A DNA stretch of 64,000 bases from the NCBI GenBank assembly GCA_965199905.1, contig OZ241366.1:3242981-3306980 (forward strand). Reading direction: 5' to 3'. Numbering within the stretch: position 1 is the stretch's first letter; each line of letters starts with the position of its first letter. Below, in pieces: positions 10,567-20,998 of this stretch. The notes beneath the pieces were generated by a model, which had not been told where the DNA came from, searched no databases, and was given only the letters and a program-made list of their open reading frames with translations. Source of the stretch: Ilyomonas sp. (GTDB lineage: Bacteria > Bacteroidota > Bacteroidia > Chitinophagales > Chitinophagaceae). Both the position numbers and the translations under genes were made by a program.

Positions 10567-10986
10567 TTATTTCATTTTCATCTGGGCAAAATACGGATGA
10601 TTGGGATTGACAATTAACTCCTGGCGCAGCGGATGAATCAACACATCCATGTCTTCTAACGGAATGGCTCCTAATAAAATTTCACTGTCACCCGGCAACA
10701 CCATAGCACTGCAACTGCTGCGACGGTTTTTAAACCGGATTTCTACCGGCGATACTACGTTGCAGTCTATTATTGATCCATTTGCCAATTGTGCTTTCCT
10801 TGTTTCAACAACAGGCAATTGCAATTGCTCCTGTATGTTTTCGTTAATAGCAAGCATATAACTTCCTGTATCGACAAGTGCCGTTACATACATTCTTTTT
10901 ATTTCTTCTTCACCTATATAATGCCGCCTGGCTAATTCCAGATCGCCGCCATTAATCAATTCAATTTCTGCATATACCAATTTCAT
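10567..10986 (-). CDS. Clan AA (retropepsin-like) aspartic protease
   Basis: ALVDTGS catalytic motif and ILLGAIPLEDMD tail. Confidence 0.85.
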   Translation of the reverse strand: MKLVYAEIELINGGDLELARRHYIGEEEIKRMYVTALVDTGSYMLAINENIQEQLQLPVVETRKAQLANGSIIDCNVVSPVEIRFKNRRSSCSAMVLPGDSEILLGAIPLEDMDVLIHPLRQELIVNPNHPYFAQMKMK

Positions 10987-11021
10987 GATATTTCTATTTA
11001 GTAAATGATAAAGATAAAAAC

Positions 11022-11966
11022 TTATTCCTTTTCTTCCTTCTCCCGCTGCGCATCTAAGTACGCAATACTTACGTTCAACTCATATCCAATCAACAACATC
11101 ATAGAGTTTAAAAAAACCAGCAGCATCAGGATGATAAGCGATCCGATAGAGCCATAAATTTTGTTATAACTGGAAATGTTTTGCGCCCAATATGAAAATA
11201 AGCCGGTAATGATAATCATCAACACCGAAGCAAAGAATGCACCCGGTGTAAACAGCCGGCTTTTCAACTTTACAGTAGGCGCATGTTTGTAAATATAACC
11301 GATGGTATAAATAAATAAAAACAGGATGATAAGCCAGCGTGAATTTTGAATTAACGCAATAAGTGCTTCATTCTTTATGTTCGCCCATGTCATGATTTTA
11401 GCAAATACATAACCTTGCCCCACCGATATAAGAATGGTACCAATCAACAGGCTTACCAGTGTTATGATAAGCCGGATGGCACGCAGCCGCTTTTTGAGAA
11501 AGTTTGTTTTACGCTTTTCTACCACCGACCTGTCGAAGGTGCGGATAATACCCATCATGGCATTGGACGAGGTGAACAGAACTAGTATGAAAGAGAAGGA
11601 TAGCAAGCCGGTTGTTTTCTTATTGAAGAAGTCGTTCAGGAAGTCCGTCAATGCTTTTTTAGTATCGTTGTCTGGTGTAAAGTCACGTATAAAAAGCAGC
11701 AGTTGCTCATATACCTGTTTTGAGCCGGGCACGTATGGAACCAGTATGCACAGGAACAGCGTAATAGCAGGAATGGCAGTGATGATATTAAAGGAAATGG
11801 CAGCCGCGCGTATGTTTAGCCCGTTCTGCTTTATTTGTGCAGCCAGCATATTGAATACATCAAAGATGCGCAGCTTGCGAAAGCCGGGCAGCGTAAGTTT
11901 TTTGCTGGCATTGCGAATGCCAACAACCGGTGATGCAGTAACAAATATGCGCTCTATCTTAGTCAT
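11022..11966 (-). CDS. YihY/BrkB family inner membrane protein
   Basis: RAAAISFN, multiple TM helices, PGAFFA, YNKIYGSIGSLIILMLL. Confidence 0.9.
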   Translation of the reverse strand: MTKIERIFVTASPVVGIRNASKKLTLPGFRKLRIFDVFNMLAAQIKQNGLNIRAAAISFNIITAIPAITLFLCILVPYVPGSKQVYEQLLLFIRDFTPDNDTKKALTDFLNDFFNKKTTGLLSFSFILVLFTSSNAMMGIIRTFDRSVVEKRKTNFLKKRLRAIRLIITLVSLLIGTILISVGQGYVFAKIMTWANIKNEALIALIQNSRWLIILFLFIYTIGYIYKHAPTVKLKSRLFTPGAFFASVLMIIITGLFSYWAQNISSYNKIYGSIGSLIILMLLVFLNSMMLLIGYELNVSIAYLDAQREKEEKE

Positions 11967-11972
11967 GATGGC

Positions 11973-13004
11973 TTACTTCAACTGGCGGCTTTTTAGTAAC
12001 GAATCCAGTGCCTGCTGATACATTTTTGCGTATTGTATATGCTCGGCATACGTAACACTAAAATGACTGTAGCCACTGAAATCGCTTTTGGCTACAAAAA
12101 AATAATAATCGGTTTTAGGTGCATCCAATACGGCATCAATTGTTTTTACCGATGGCGTACAGATAGGACCCGGCGGCAAACCTTTATTTACATACGTATT
12201 ATAAGGCGAAACTACATCCAGATAACCACGCAGAATGCGCTTTATGCTAAAGTCTTTCAGGGCAAATTTAATGGTTGGGTCCGCTTGTAATCTGTCCCCT
12301 TTGCGATAGCGGTTTATGTACACGCTGGCAATCTTCCCTTTATCATCCGCCTTGTTGGTTTCTTCTTCTACTATAGATGCTATGGTAACAACCTGCGCAG
12401 GCGTAAGGCTGGCAGCATCTGCTTTTTGCAAACGGTTATCGCTGCTCCAGAATTTATCCTTTTCATCTTCCAGCCGCCGCAGAATTTTGGTGAGCGATGT
12501 ATTCCAGTAAACAACATACGTATCTGGTATCACCAGTGTCATCAGCGTGTTGGTATCTACGCCGAGTTGTTGTAAAGAATCATTGCTGTTGAAGTAGAGA
12601 GAAGCATGAATAGAATCGGTGGAAAAGTTTCGCCCGATGAGCTTTGCAAAATCATTGGCTGTACGCAGCTTGGTAATAACGAGGCGAACTGCGGATTGCC
12701 TGTTATTGCGAAGCGTTCTTACCACATCAAGCACACTTTGCCCCGGCTCAATGGCAAAGCGGCCCGGCTTTAACCGATCCCATACGCCAGCTTGTCTCGC
12801 AAGGATATTAAACCACCATACATGATTAATATAATTGCTGTCTCCCAGTTGCTGCTGCGCCTGCCGCTTTACAGGCTGGTTATCGTAGAGAAAAAGGTAT
12901 TTAGGTTTGGATGAAAAAGTAGTGGCAGTGCCAAACGTAATCCAGGCAAAGTATAAAGCCGCAACAGCGATGATGATACCAATGGCAAGAAGCACTTTTT
13001 TCAT
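11973..13004 (-). CDS. mltG: Endolytic transglycosylase MltG
   Basis: TIASIVEEET, IASVYINR, LQADPT, SPYNTY..GLPPGPI, YFFVAK; start taken at MKKVLLAIG. Confidence 0.95.
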   Translation of the reverse strand: MKKVLLAIGIIIAVAALYFAWITFGTATTFSSKPKYLFLYDNQPVKRQAQQQLGDSNYINHVWWFNILARQAGVWDRLKPGRFAIEPGQSVLDVVRTLRNNRQSAVRLVITKLRTANDFAKLIGRNFSTDSIHASLYFNSNDSLQQLGVDTNTLMTLVIPDTYVVYWNTSLTKILRRLEDEKDKFWSSDNRLQKADAASLTPAQVVTIASIVEEETNKADDKGKIASVYINRYRKGDRLQADPTIKFALKDFSIKRILRGYLDVVSPYNTYVNKGLPPGPICTPSVKTIDAVLDAPKTDYYFFVAKSDFSGYSHFSVTYAEHIQYAKMYQQALDSLLKSRQLK

Positions 13005-13171
13005 CTCAGACATTTCCTCTTGTGAAGGTCGCAATTTATAGAGAAGAACGGATTAATAAGATTGTATTGGACGGGCATCGTTCTATGTACGGTGTACGAT
13101 GTTATTGCAAGCTCTTACAATATTGCGGAAATGAAAAGGACAATAAAATCTATTTACGCATTGCCAACAAC

Positions 13172-13612
13172 TCACCATTCACCACTCACCTTCAGCACCA
13201 TTACGGTCAGCCGGCTGATACATGTCATTTTCCCCGTAGCTTCTTCGCGTATTTGTATGTCCCACACATGCGTTTGCCTGCCGAGGTGTATCGGGCGACA
13301 GGTAGCAATTACGTTGCCGCCGGTTACGCTGCGCAAATGATTCGCATTAATCTCAAGACCCACACAACGATATTTTTCCCTGTCAACAACAAGCGCACTG
13401 GCAACGCTGCCTGCGGTTTCTGCCAAAGCGGCTGAAGCGCCGCCATGAAGGATGCCAAAAGGCTGTTTTGTTTTTTCATTTACCGGCATGCTGGCGCGTA
13501 AAAAGTCATCGCCGATTTCGGTGAACGCGATGCCAAGATGTGCACTCATGGTGTCGGTATCACGGTTCTGCAGATCGTGTATGGTAATATCTTTTTTAAA
13601 CCAGATGGACAT
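13172..13612 (-). CDS. Hotdog-fold thioesterase (PaaI/MenI-like)
   Basis: KQPFGILHGGASAALAET, VGLEINANHLRS, HLGRQTHVWDI. Confidence 0.9.
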   Translation of the reverse strand: MSIWFKKDITIHDLQNRDTDTMSAHLGIAFTEIGDDFLRASMPVNEKTKQPFGILHGGASAALAETAGSVASALVVDREKYRCVGLEINANHLRSVTGGNVIATCRPIHLGRQTHVWDIQIREEATGKMTCISRLTVMVLKVSGEW

Positions 13613-13680
13613 GATTGGAGTTATGAATTATAAATTATGAATGATGGATTGTTATTCCTGCAAATGACTGAGAAAGATCG

Positions 13681-14151
13681 CTATCTATGGATAGATTTTT
13701 TTACCGGCCCGGGCAAAAAAGTTCCGGCATCTGCGCCGTGGCGAATGATGTCTCTCACTAAGGTAGAAGCCACCGATGTGTATTGCGGAGAGCAGGTAAG
13801 AAAGATGGTTTCAATGTTTAGGTCAAGGCTGCGGTTCATGTCGGCAATTACTTTTTCATATTCAAAATCACTAACGTAACGTATGCCACGAAGGATGTAG
13901 TTAGCGTTTACATTGCGACAACATTCTACCGTTAATCCTTCATAAATAAGAGCTTCTACACGAGGCTCATCTTTATAAATTTCCTGCAGCCATTGCAGCC
14001 TTTGCTCGTCGCTGAACATGGGTTGCTTATTGGCATTTTTTCCAATACCAATATATAGTTTATCAAACAGGTTGAGGCTGCGGTCAATAATATCCGTATG
14101 CCCCAATGTAACAGGATCGAATGTGCCCGGAAATAATGCGATGCGCGACAT
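13681..14151 (-). CDS. coaD: Phosphopantetheine adenylyltransferase
   Basis: FPGTFDPVTLGH, ILRGIR...DFEYE, MNR, VASTLVR. Confidence 0.97.
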   Translation of the reverse strand: MSRIALFPGTFDPVTLGHTDIIDRSLNLFDKLYIGIGKNANKQPMFSDEQRLQWLQEIYKDEPRVEALIYEGLTVECCRNVNANYILRGIRYVSDFEYEKVIADMNRSLDLNIETIFLTCSPQYTSVASTLVRDIIRHGADAGTFLPGPVKKSIHR

Positions 14152-14158
14152 TCTTTTC

Positions 14159-14190
14159 GAATTATGAGTTATGAATTATGAGTTATGAAT
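14159..14190. repeat. Heptamer tandem array (4 x GARTTAT)
   Basis: gaattat gagttat gaattat gagttat gaat; a similar array lies at 13617-13645. Confidence 0.85.
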
Positions 14191-14235
14191 GCCCTGCCTT
14201 TGTGCTAATACCGCATACCTTAAACCCCGTATCTT

Positions 14236-15165
14236 TTAATTGTCTCTTCCTGCCAAAAGATACAAGGCAGCCATGCGTACAGCAACGCCATTTTCTACCT
14301 GGTTCAATATTATGGAGTAAGGTCCATCGGCCACATCGCTGTCAAGCTCAACGCCGCGATTGATAGGACCGGGATGCATAATGACAATATCTTTTCCTAC
14401 TTCGTCAAGCAGCTTGCGGCTTATGCCATAAGCGAGGTTGTATTCGCGCAGCGACGAAAAAAGTGGCTGGTTCTGACGTTCCAGTTGTATGCGCAATACG
14501 TTGGCAACATCGCACCACTGCAGCGCCTTTTTTACACTGTATTCCACACGTACCCCAAAAGCTTGCTGAATGTATTTGGGAATGAGTGTAGGCGGACCCG
14601 CTACAGTAACTTCGGCGCCCATTTTTGTAAGCAAATAAATATTACTTAGCGCTACGCGGCTGTGCATGATATCGCCAATGATAGCAACCTTCAATCCTTC
14701 CAGACTACGGTTTAATCTTTCCTGCATAGATAGCGCATCAAGCAGTGCCTGCGTAGGATGCTCATTGATACCATCACCGGCATTAATGATGGCGGCGGAA
14801 ATATGCTTCGCCAGGAAGTGCGGCGCACCGCTGGCGCTATGACGCATTACCACCATATCTACCTTCATGCTTAGTATGTTATTCACCGTATCAAGGAGTG
14901 TTTCGCCCTTGGATACAGAGGAAGCCGAAGCGGTGAAGTTGAGCGTATCGGCACTTAACCGCCGCTCTGCCAGCTCGAAAGAGATGCGTGTGCGCGTGGA
15001 ATTTTCGAAGAACAAATTGACAATAGTTACATCTCGGAGGGAAGGCACTTTTTTTACCGGTCTTTGTAATACTTCCTTGAATTGAGAGGCGGTGGAGAGT
15101 AGTAATGAGATATCCTCTTTGGTAAGGTCTTTAATGCCCAGCAGATGCGGCGTGGATAGTTTCAT
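14236..15165 (-). CDS. pyrB: Aspartate carbamoyltransferase catalytic subunit
   Basis: FFENSTRTRISF, KGETLLDT, NAGDGINEHPTQALLD, GDIMHSRV, MHPGPINRGVE. Confidence 0.97.
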   Translation of the reverse strand: MKLSTPHLLGIKDLTKEDISLLLSTASQFKEVLQRPVKKVPSLRDVTIVNLFFENSTRTRISFELAERRLSADTLNFTASASSVSKGETLLDTVNNILSMKVDMVVMRHSASGAPHFLAKHISAAIINAGDGINEHPTQALLDALSMQERLNRSLEGLKVAIIGDIMHSRVALSNIYLLTKMGAEVTVAGPPTLIPKYIQQAFGVRVEYSVKKALQWCDVANVLRIQLERQNQPLFSSLREYNLAYGISRKLLDEVGKDIVIMHPGPINRGVELDSDVADGPYSIILNQVENGVAVRMAALYLLAGRDN

Positions 15166-15409
15166 TAAAGAGCGAAGATATAGGAAAAGGAAAAACGGTG
15201 GGATAATTTATACTTAGTAAAACAAGAAAATTGGCGTTAATAAGTAGATGCGGCTTTGCAATGGTTGACGTATCTTATTCTATTATTGCATGCTACAGTT
15301 AAAACTAAGCGCTAAATTTGAGCTGGCGGTTTTTGGTGCCGCTATAATGGAATGCGGCAAGATGTTGTACATTATTTTAAAACAACATCCCATTAAAGCA
15401 TAAATTACA

Positions 15410-16165
15410 ATGGATAACGACTTACGCTTCAAACTTATCAAACCCGAAAAATCACTTTCCCATTTTGTAGAAAGTTTTTGGCTGTTGCAGAATCCATCTG
15501 ACAGCGATAAAGAAATTATTGTATTACCGGATGGACACATAGAACTCACTTTCTCACAATCTGCAATTGAGCCTTTTCATGCCACACTCTCTGGCATTGA
15601 AACATATCCTGAACCTGTAATAATACCGGCTAAAACACTCACGTTTGCCATCAGTTTTAAACTGCTTTCTATAGAATATATCTTCCACAATACGATCTCC
15701 AATTTGCTAAACTATGCAGAACATCTGCCTCTTAACTTTTGGAATTTCAATACAAACGATTTAGAAGAATTCAATTTTTTTTGTACAAAATCATCTCAGA
15801 AAATTGCTTCCTTATTACCCGAAGAAATTGACAACAGGAAGCAAATGCTTTTTGAATTGTTGTATGCTTCAAACGGATCAATTTCTATCAAAGAACTTTC
15901 TCAAAAAGTGTTTTGGAGCAGCCGACAAATCAACCGATACTTCAACCAGCAGTTTGGTATTTCATTAAAAGCGTATTGCAATATTTTACGCTTCAGGGCT
16001 TCGCTGGAACATATCGCACAAGGCAAATTGTCTCCTCAACTAAACTTTACAGATCAAAGTCATTTTATAAAAGAAATCAAGAAGTTTTCAGGCGTGATAC
16101 CGAAAGTATTATTGAAAAATGAAAACGACCGATTTATACAATTTTCAGCGCTGCTATCAAAATAG
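15410..16165 (+). CDS. AraC-family transcriptional regulator
   Basis: SHFVESFW, IVLPDG N-terminal pattern; SSRQINRYF...GISLK...ILRF, FTDQSHFIKEIKKFSGVIP HTH. Confidence 0.9.
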   Translation: MDNDLRFKLIKPEKSLSHFVESFWLLQNPSDSDKEIIVLPDGHIELTFSQSAIEPFHATLSGIETYPEPVIIPAKTLTFAISFKLLSIEYIFHNTISNLLNYAEHLPLNFWNFNTNDLEEFNFFCTKSSQKIASLLPEEIDNRKQMLFELLYASNGSISIKELSQKVFWSSRQINRYFNQQFGISLKAYCNILRFRASLEHIAQGKLSPQLNFTDQSHFIKEIKKFSGVIPKVLLKNENDRFIQFSALLSK

Positions 16166-16194
16166 TTTTGCAGTCATAAAACTGTCGATAGAAA

Positions 16195-17352
16195 ATGCTG
16201 ATAGAAAATAAATCCATTGCCATTGTTGGCGGCGGACCCGGAGGGTTAATACTGGCAAGGCTTTTACAACTAAAAGGTGCCAATGTAAATGTATATGAAA
16301 GAGACCTGAATAAAGATGCCCGTGTGCAAGGCTCGCCGCTTGATATGCACGAAGAATCAGGAATGGCGGCTTTGCGCAAAGCGAACCTGGCAGATGAGTT
16401 TGGTAAGAATGTTCGTATTGGTGCTGATAAAAAAATAATCACCAATGAACAGGGAGAGATTTTTTTCAGTGACCACAAAAGCAAACCCGGAGAAGCTGCC
16501 AGTAAATATTCCCGTCCAGAAATAGATCGTGGTGTTTTACGAAAAGTATTACTCGAATCTTTGCAACCCGGAACAGTTGTGTGGGACAGTCATTTTCTTT
16601 CAATGGAAGCGCAGAATAAAGGCTGGCTATTGCATTTCAAAAATGGATCATCAGCATACGCAGATCTGGTGATTGCGGCTGATGGCGCCAATTCTAAAAT
16701 CCGTCCTTACATCACAAGTAGTAAAGCGTTTTATTCAGGTATTACTATGGTTGAAATCAATATTCATAATGCCGCCATAGCAACGCCACATATTTATGCA
16801 TTGCTCAACGGCGGAAAGATTATGGCTTTCGGAAATGAAAAATGCATTTTGGGAGGGCAGAAAGGCAATGGCGATTTAGGATTTTATCTAAGCCTTAAAA
16901 TTGATGAAAACTGGTCTGTAAGTAATGATCTGGATTATTTTGATAAGGCTCAGTTTCTACAATGGTTTAAAACAGAATATTCTGAATGGAGCTCAGCCTG
17001 GTACGAGCTGATTGAAAACGCAAGCACACCTTTTATCCCGCGCCCTATTTACTGTGCGCCATTAGATCAAAACTGGGAAGCTTTGCCCAATGCAACCATG
17101 CTTGGTGACGCTTCGCATGTGATGCCGCCTTTTGCTGGAGAAGGCGCCAACACTGCGATGCTGGATGCTTTGGAACTGAGCGAGTGTGTAACAAATGATG
17201 CTTATAATACCTTGCCCGAAGCCATTTCTGCTTATGAAATAAACATGCGTAAACGAGCATCAGCGGCAGCAAAAGAATCGCTCCAAAATGGTGAGCAAAT
17301 GCATTCGGAAGGTGCTTTGAATAAGATATTGCATGTATTTAGCGGACAGTAA
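16195..17352 (+). CDS. FAD-dependent monooxygenase, TetX-like
   Basis: IAIVGGGPGGLILARLLQ..G..V.VYERD, PEIDRGVLRKVLLESL...VVW, ADLVIAADGANSKIR, LGDASHVMPPFAGEGANTAMLDA; layout matches TetX as recalled. Confidence 0.8.
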   Translation: MLIENKSIAIVGGGPGGLILARLLQLKGANVNVYERDLNKDARVQGSPLDMHEESGMAALRKANLADEFGKNVRIGADKKIITNEQGEIFFSDHKSKPGEAASKYSRPEIDRGVLRKVLLESLQPGTVVWDSHFLSMEAQNKGWLLHFKNGSSAYADLVIAADGANSKIRPYITSSKAFYSGITMVEINIHNAAIATPHIYALLNGGKIMAFGNEKCILGGQKGNGDLGFYLSLKIDENWSVSNDLDYFDKAQFLQWFKTEYSEWSSAWYELIENASTPFIPRPIYCAPLDQNWEALPNATMLGDASHVMPPFAGEGANTAMLDALELSECVTNDAYNTLPEAISAYEINMRKRASAAAKESLQNGEQMHSEGALNKILHVFSGQ

Positions 17353-17423
17353 AAAAAGTTTGGTGAAAGTTTGTTGGTGTACAGATATAGCAACTTGATT
17401 TTCTTTTGCCAGGCATGAAGAAA

Positions 17424-18179
17424 CTACACCCGCTTTATCACCCTCAGCTTATGTGTACGCTGCCCTGTATCGCGGTTTACGATGCCGAACGAATCGATAT
17501 CATCAACACGTACTTTGCCGGAGGCGTGAATGATTTCGCTGCTGCTGAAGAGAATGCCAACATGAATAATGCGTCCTTCTTCATTATCGAAAAAAGCGAG
17601 ATCGCCACACTGGGCCTCCTGTAAAAAATGAACCACTTCGCCTTCTAATGCCTGCTGGTGGGCATCGCGCTGCAAGAGCTTTCCAAACAGTTTGCAAACC
17701 TGCTGTACAAAGCCGCTGCAATCAATACCAAACGAACTTTTACCACCCCAGAGATAAGGTACATTTTCATATAACAAAGCCGCCATTTTTACCACATCAT
17801 CTTTATAAAAAGAAGGCTCAAAAAGCAGGGCTTCTTCTCCGGAATATTGAACAGAATAATTGGCAAAACTGGCTTCCTCAAACACGGGTGTACCAACGGA
17901 TATATACATTTCCGTTCCGTTAATTACCACCGTATTGTTGCGCCGGAATGTATAAGACAGAGGTTTTCGCAGTGCAATATTTCTATCTACTCTTGCTACC
18001 TGGCTTGTTTGTGCCCAGCCAATATAATCATCGTAAAGACACCTGATTTTTGTGAAGTCTTTTGTTATATCCAATACTTCGGCGGCTTCGCCAAATAAAA
18101 GCTGGCTAACCATTTCGCCGCGATGAGAAGGATCGCTGCGCAGGGGGCAAACGGCAACGGAGCACAGAGCAAACATCAT
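17424..18179 (-). CDS. NlpC/P60 (C40) peptidase with N-terminal SH3-like domain
   Basis: EMVSQLLFGE; PYLWGGKSSFGIDCSGF; IIHVGI; IIHASG. Confidence 0.93.
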   Translation of the reverse strand: MMFALCSVAVCPLRSDPSHRGEMVSQLLFGEAAEVLDITKDFTKIRCLYDDYIGWAQTSQVARVDRNIALRKPLSYTFRRNNTVVINGTEMYISVGTPVFEEASFANYSVQYSGEEALLFEPSFYKDDVVKMAALLYENVPYLWGGKSSFGIDCSGFVQQVCKLFGKLLQRDAHQQALEGEVVHFLQEAQCGDLAFFDNEEGRIIHVGILFSSSEIIHASGKVRVDDIDSFGIVNRDTGQRTHKLRVIKRV

Positions 18180-18349
18180 AATGAGAAAATGAAAATCGTA
18201 AACACTTATCCGCCGACAGGCAGGCTCAAAAGTATAACGGTGTTAGCAACGACATCGCAATTTTAATTTTTACTTCCAAAATTTTATGTCCCTTCGGTGT
18301 GGAATTTTTGGCAAGCATGCATCTTACAGAATAAAAGAGCTTTCATTGC

Positions 18350-18919
18350 GTGGGCGAACAAAGTAATATACATACGAGCGATCAACAGTTGCTGGAGCAA
18401 TGGTACGAAACAAGGGATAATCGCTTGTTGGGCACATTGCTGCAACGCTACACGTTGTTGCTGCTGGGTGTGTGTATGAAGTATTTGAAGAATGAAGAGG
18501 AAGCAAAAGATGCCGTACAGCATGTGTTTTTAAAAGCCATTTCGGAGCTTCCAAAATACAAGGTTGAATACCTGAAAAGCTGGCTTTATATGATAGCGCG
18601 TAACCATTGTTTAATGAAGCTGCGCGATAACCACATCATTACCAAAGAAGTGGGCGACTGGCTGACAGAAGAAGCTGGCAGCGACGACTGGAACGGGCTT
18701 GATAAAGAAGCTTTGCTGCTGTACATGGAGGAAGCGATACAGCAACTGAACACGGAACAAAAAACCTGCGTAACTTTATTTTATCTTCATCACAAATCGT
18801 ACAGCGAAATCAGCGCAATAACGGGGCAAAGCCTGATGCAGGTGAAGAGCTGTATACAGAACGGCAAGCGCAACCTGAAGCTTTTAATCAGCAAAAAACA
18901 GAAAGAGCAAAATGGCTGA
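18350..18919 (+). CDS. ECF RNA polymerase sigma-70 factor
   Basis: EEAKDAVQHVF, KSWLYMIARNHC region 2; SYSEIS...VKSCIQNGKRNL region 4; GTG start. Confidence 0.92.
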   Translation: MGEQSNIHTSDQQLLEQWYETRDNRLLGTLLQRYTLLLLGVCMKYLKNEEEAKDAVQHVFLKAISELPKYKVEYLKSWLYMIARNHCLMKLRDNHIITKEVGDWLTEEAGSDDWNGLDKEALLLYMEEAIQQLNTEQKTCVTLFYLHHKSYSEISAITGQSLMQVKSCIQNGKRNLKLLISKKQKEQNG

Positions 18920-19265
18920 TAGCAACAACATATTATCTGACAACGACATGACCGACGAGCAGCTTTTAAGCTACCTCGAAGGCAAGCTGCAGGGCGACGA
19001 ACTGGCGCAGATGGAAAAGCAGTTGCAGGATGATGCGTTTGTAGCTGATGCCATTGAAGGACTGCAACAGTTTTCTTCCAGTAAAAAGCTCGATCAGTAT
19101 GTAAGAACGTTGAACCTGAGCCTGCATCAACAATTGGCTAACCGCAAAAAGAAGCGCTGGCAGCGCAGGTTGGAAAGTCCTTCGTGGCTAACAACTGCGG
19201 TGATAATTGTTTTACTGCTTTGCCTTTTGGGTTATGTGGTAGTGAAGTTTGTGGAAGCACATTAA
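18912..19265 (+). CDS. Probable short anti-sigma factor (N-terminal domain + one TM helix)
   Basis: Overlaps sigma stop; EQLLSYLEGKL...ADAIEGL pattern; single C-terminal TM. Confidence 0.7.
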   Translation: MADSNNILSDNDMTDEQLLSYLEGKLQGDELAQMEKQLQDDAFVADAIEGLQQFSSSKKLDQYVRTLNLSLHQQLANRKKKRWQRRLESPSWLTTAVIIVLLLCLLGYVVVKFVEAH

Positions 19266-19470
19266 GTAGAAATTTTATGCGATTTCCCTGTTGAGATTGA
19301 CTTACTTTTTAAAAAAATTTACTAACGCTGCCTGCTCCGTTCTCTTTGTGCAAATTATTATTCGTTGTAAAAAACAACGGAATTTTTTATTTGATAAAAG
19401 CAATCAGCAACCGATTATTGGCTGCTAATTTTATAGATTATAGCAGCCTTCAATTCTCTTACTTTGCAGT

Positions 19471-20739
19471 ATGATTTGTGGTAAGACAATGCTGCGGAAA
19501 ACATCTTTTATTTTTATTCTTATCTGCCCGCTATTCTCTTTATTTTCCTTTGGGCAAAATGGTTTGCCCGTTATAAAACAAGGCACATGGCAAGGCGTTC
19601 TTCACCGCCCGGACAGCGCTGATATTGTATTCAATTTTACCACAGTAAAAGAAAACAAAAAACCGGTTTGGTATATACAAAATGCAGGTGAGCGTTTACT
19701 GGTTGACAGCATTTATCAGCAAGATGATTCGCTTTTTGTACAGATGCCATTCTTTGCTTCGCGCTTTGCGTTGGCTTTACAAAAAGATGGCAGCCTTGCA
19801 GGCACATACATTAAAAATTATGGCGCAAGACAGATGGAAATACCCTTTACCGCTATGTATGGAAAAGGCGTGCGTTATGCTGTGGCAACAACGCCGCGTT
19901 ATCATATCAGCGGCACCTGGCAGGCGCAGTTTGAAGGCAGCGATTCACTTTCGTCGTATGCACTTGGCGAGTTTATACAAAACGCGAAAGGCATTGTAAC
20001 AGGCACGTTTCGCACGGCGACAGGCGACTACCGCTACCTGGAAGGAAGTGTGAGCGGAGACAGTTTACGCTTGTCGGGTTTTGATGGCGGTCATGCTATT
20101 TTATTTGCGGCACACATTGCAGATAATACGACAATTACCGATGGTGTTTTATATTCAGGATTAACAAGCAAAATAAACTGGACAGCGAAGAAAAATAATC
20201 GTGCAAAACTGCCGGACAGCTACGGAATTACGAAGATGCGCCCGGGCGAAACAAGCTTTTCGTTTCGGTTTCCTTCAACAGACAGCGTGATGATTTCAAA
20301 TACTGATGCGGCTTATAAGGGTAAAGTTGTTATCGTGCAGATACTTGGCTCATGGTGCCCAAACTGTATGGATGAAACTTCGTTTTTAAGTCCTTATTAT
20401 AACGCTAATAAAGATAAAGGGCTTGAAATAATCGGGCTGGCTTATGAGCGCACGGAAGACTTTACAGAATCGAAAGAAGCGCTGCAACCTTTTCGCAAAC
20501 GCTTTGCCGTACAGTATCCATTTTTAGTAACAGGCGTGTCGGTTTCTGACTCGCTGAAAACAGAAAAAACGCTGCCGCAACTTGATGAGATCAAAGTATT
20601 TCCTACCACTATTTTTATTAATAAAAAAGGACAGGTAGATAAGATACATACTGGCTATGACGGACCAGCAACAGGCGTGCATTACGAAGAATTTAAAAAG
20701 GAATTTGAAGAAGAAGTTGATAAGCTGCTGAAAGAATAA
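19471..20739 (+). CDS. TlpA-family thioredoxin-like (peroxiredoxin/disulfide reductase) protein
   Basis: GKVVIVQILGSWCPNCMDE CxxC in C-terminal domain; FPTTIFINKKG. Confidence 0.88.
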   Translation: MICGKTMLRKTSFIFILICPLFSLFSFGQNGLPVIKQGTWQGVLHRPDSADIVFNFTTVKENKKPVWYIQNAGERLLVDSIYQQDDSLFVQMPFFASRFALALQKDGSLAGTYIKNYGARQMEIPFTAMYGKGVRYAVATTPRYHISGTWQAQFEGSDSLSSYALGEFIQNAKGIVTGTFRTATGDYRYLEGSVSGDSLRLSGFDGGHAILFAAHIADNTTITDGVLYSGLTSKINWTAKKNNRAKLPDSYGITKMRPGETSFSFRFPSTDSVMISNTDAAYKGKVVIVQILGSWCPNCMDETSFLSPYYNANKDKGLEIIGLAYERTEDFTESKEALQPFRKRFAVQYPFLVTGVSVSDSLKTEKTLPQLDEIKVFPTTIFINKKGQVDKIHTGYDGPATGVHYEEFKKEFEEEVDKLLKE

Positions 20740-20797
20740 ACTTCTGTAAATATGGAAAGCGTGTAAGTAAATTATTGGAGAATACTATTGAAAAATT

Positions 20798-20905
20798 GAA
20801 ATGGCTTTTTTTATTCGCTTTTATAAAAGTTCAATCATTGCCCTGAACCCATCTGTGAGTGACACAACTGTCGATCACAAAAGAGACTGACGATGGCTAC
20901 CAAAA
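20798..20905 (-). repeat. Modular dispersed intergenic element, copy B
   Basis: Reverse complement: TTTTGGTAGCCATCGTCAGTCTCTTTTGTGATCGACAGTTG + TGTCACTCACA + GTTCAGGGCAATGA + AAAAGCGAATAAAAAAAGCCATTTC. Confidence 0.85.
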
Positions 20906-20998
20906 TTGTATTTGTATTTCTTCAAATCGATCTACTGATCATTATAAATATCTTCGGTAAAAGATAGTTGCTATATTTAATTTGCTTAATGATTCCTT

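Noticed and set aside
15250-15375. Possible attC half-site (TGCGGCAAGATGTTGTAC) upstream of the AraC gene
   Set aside because: No complementary 5' half found; too weak to support.
18205-18230. REP-like CCGCCGACAGGCAGGC
   Set aside because: Single short imperfect copy in this window.
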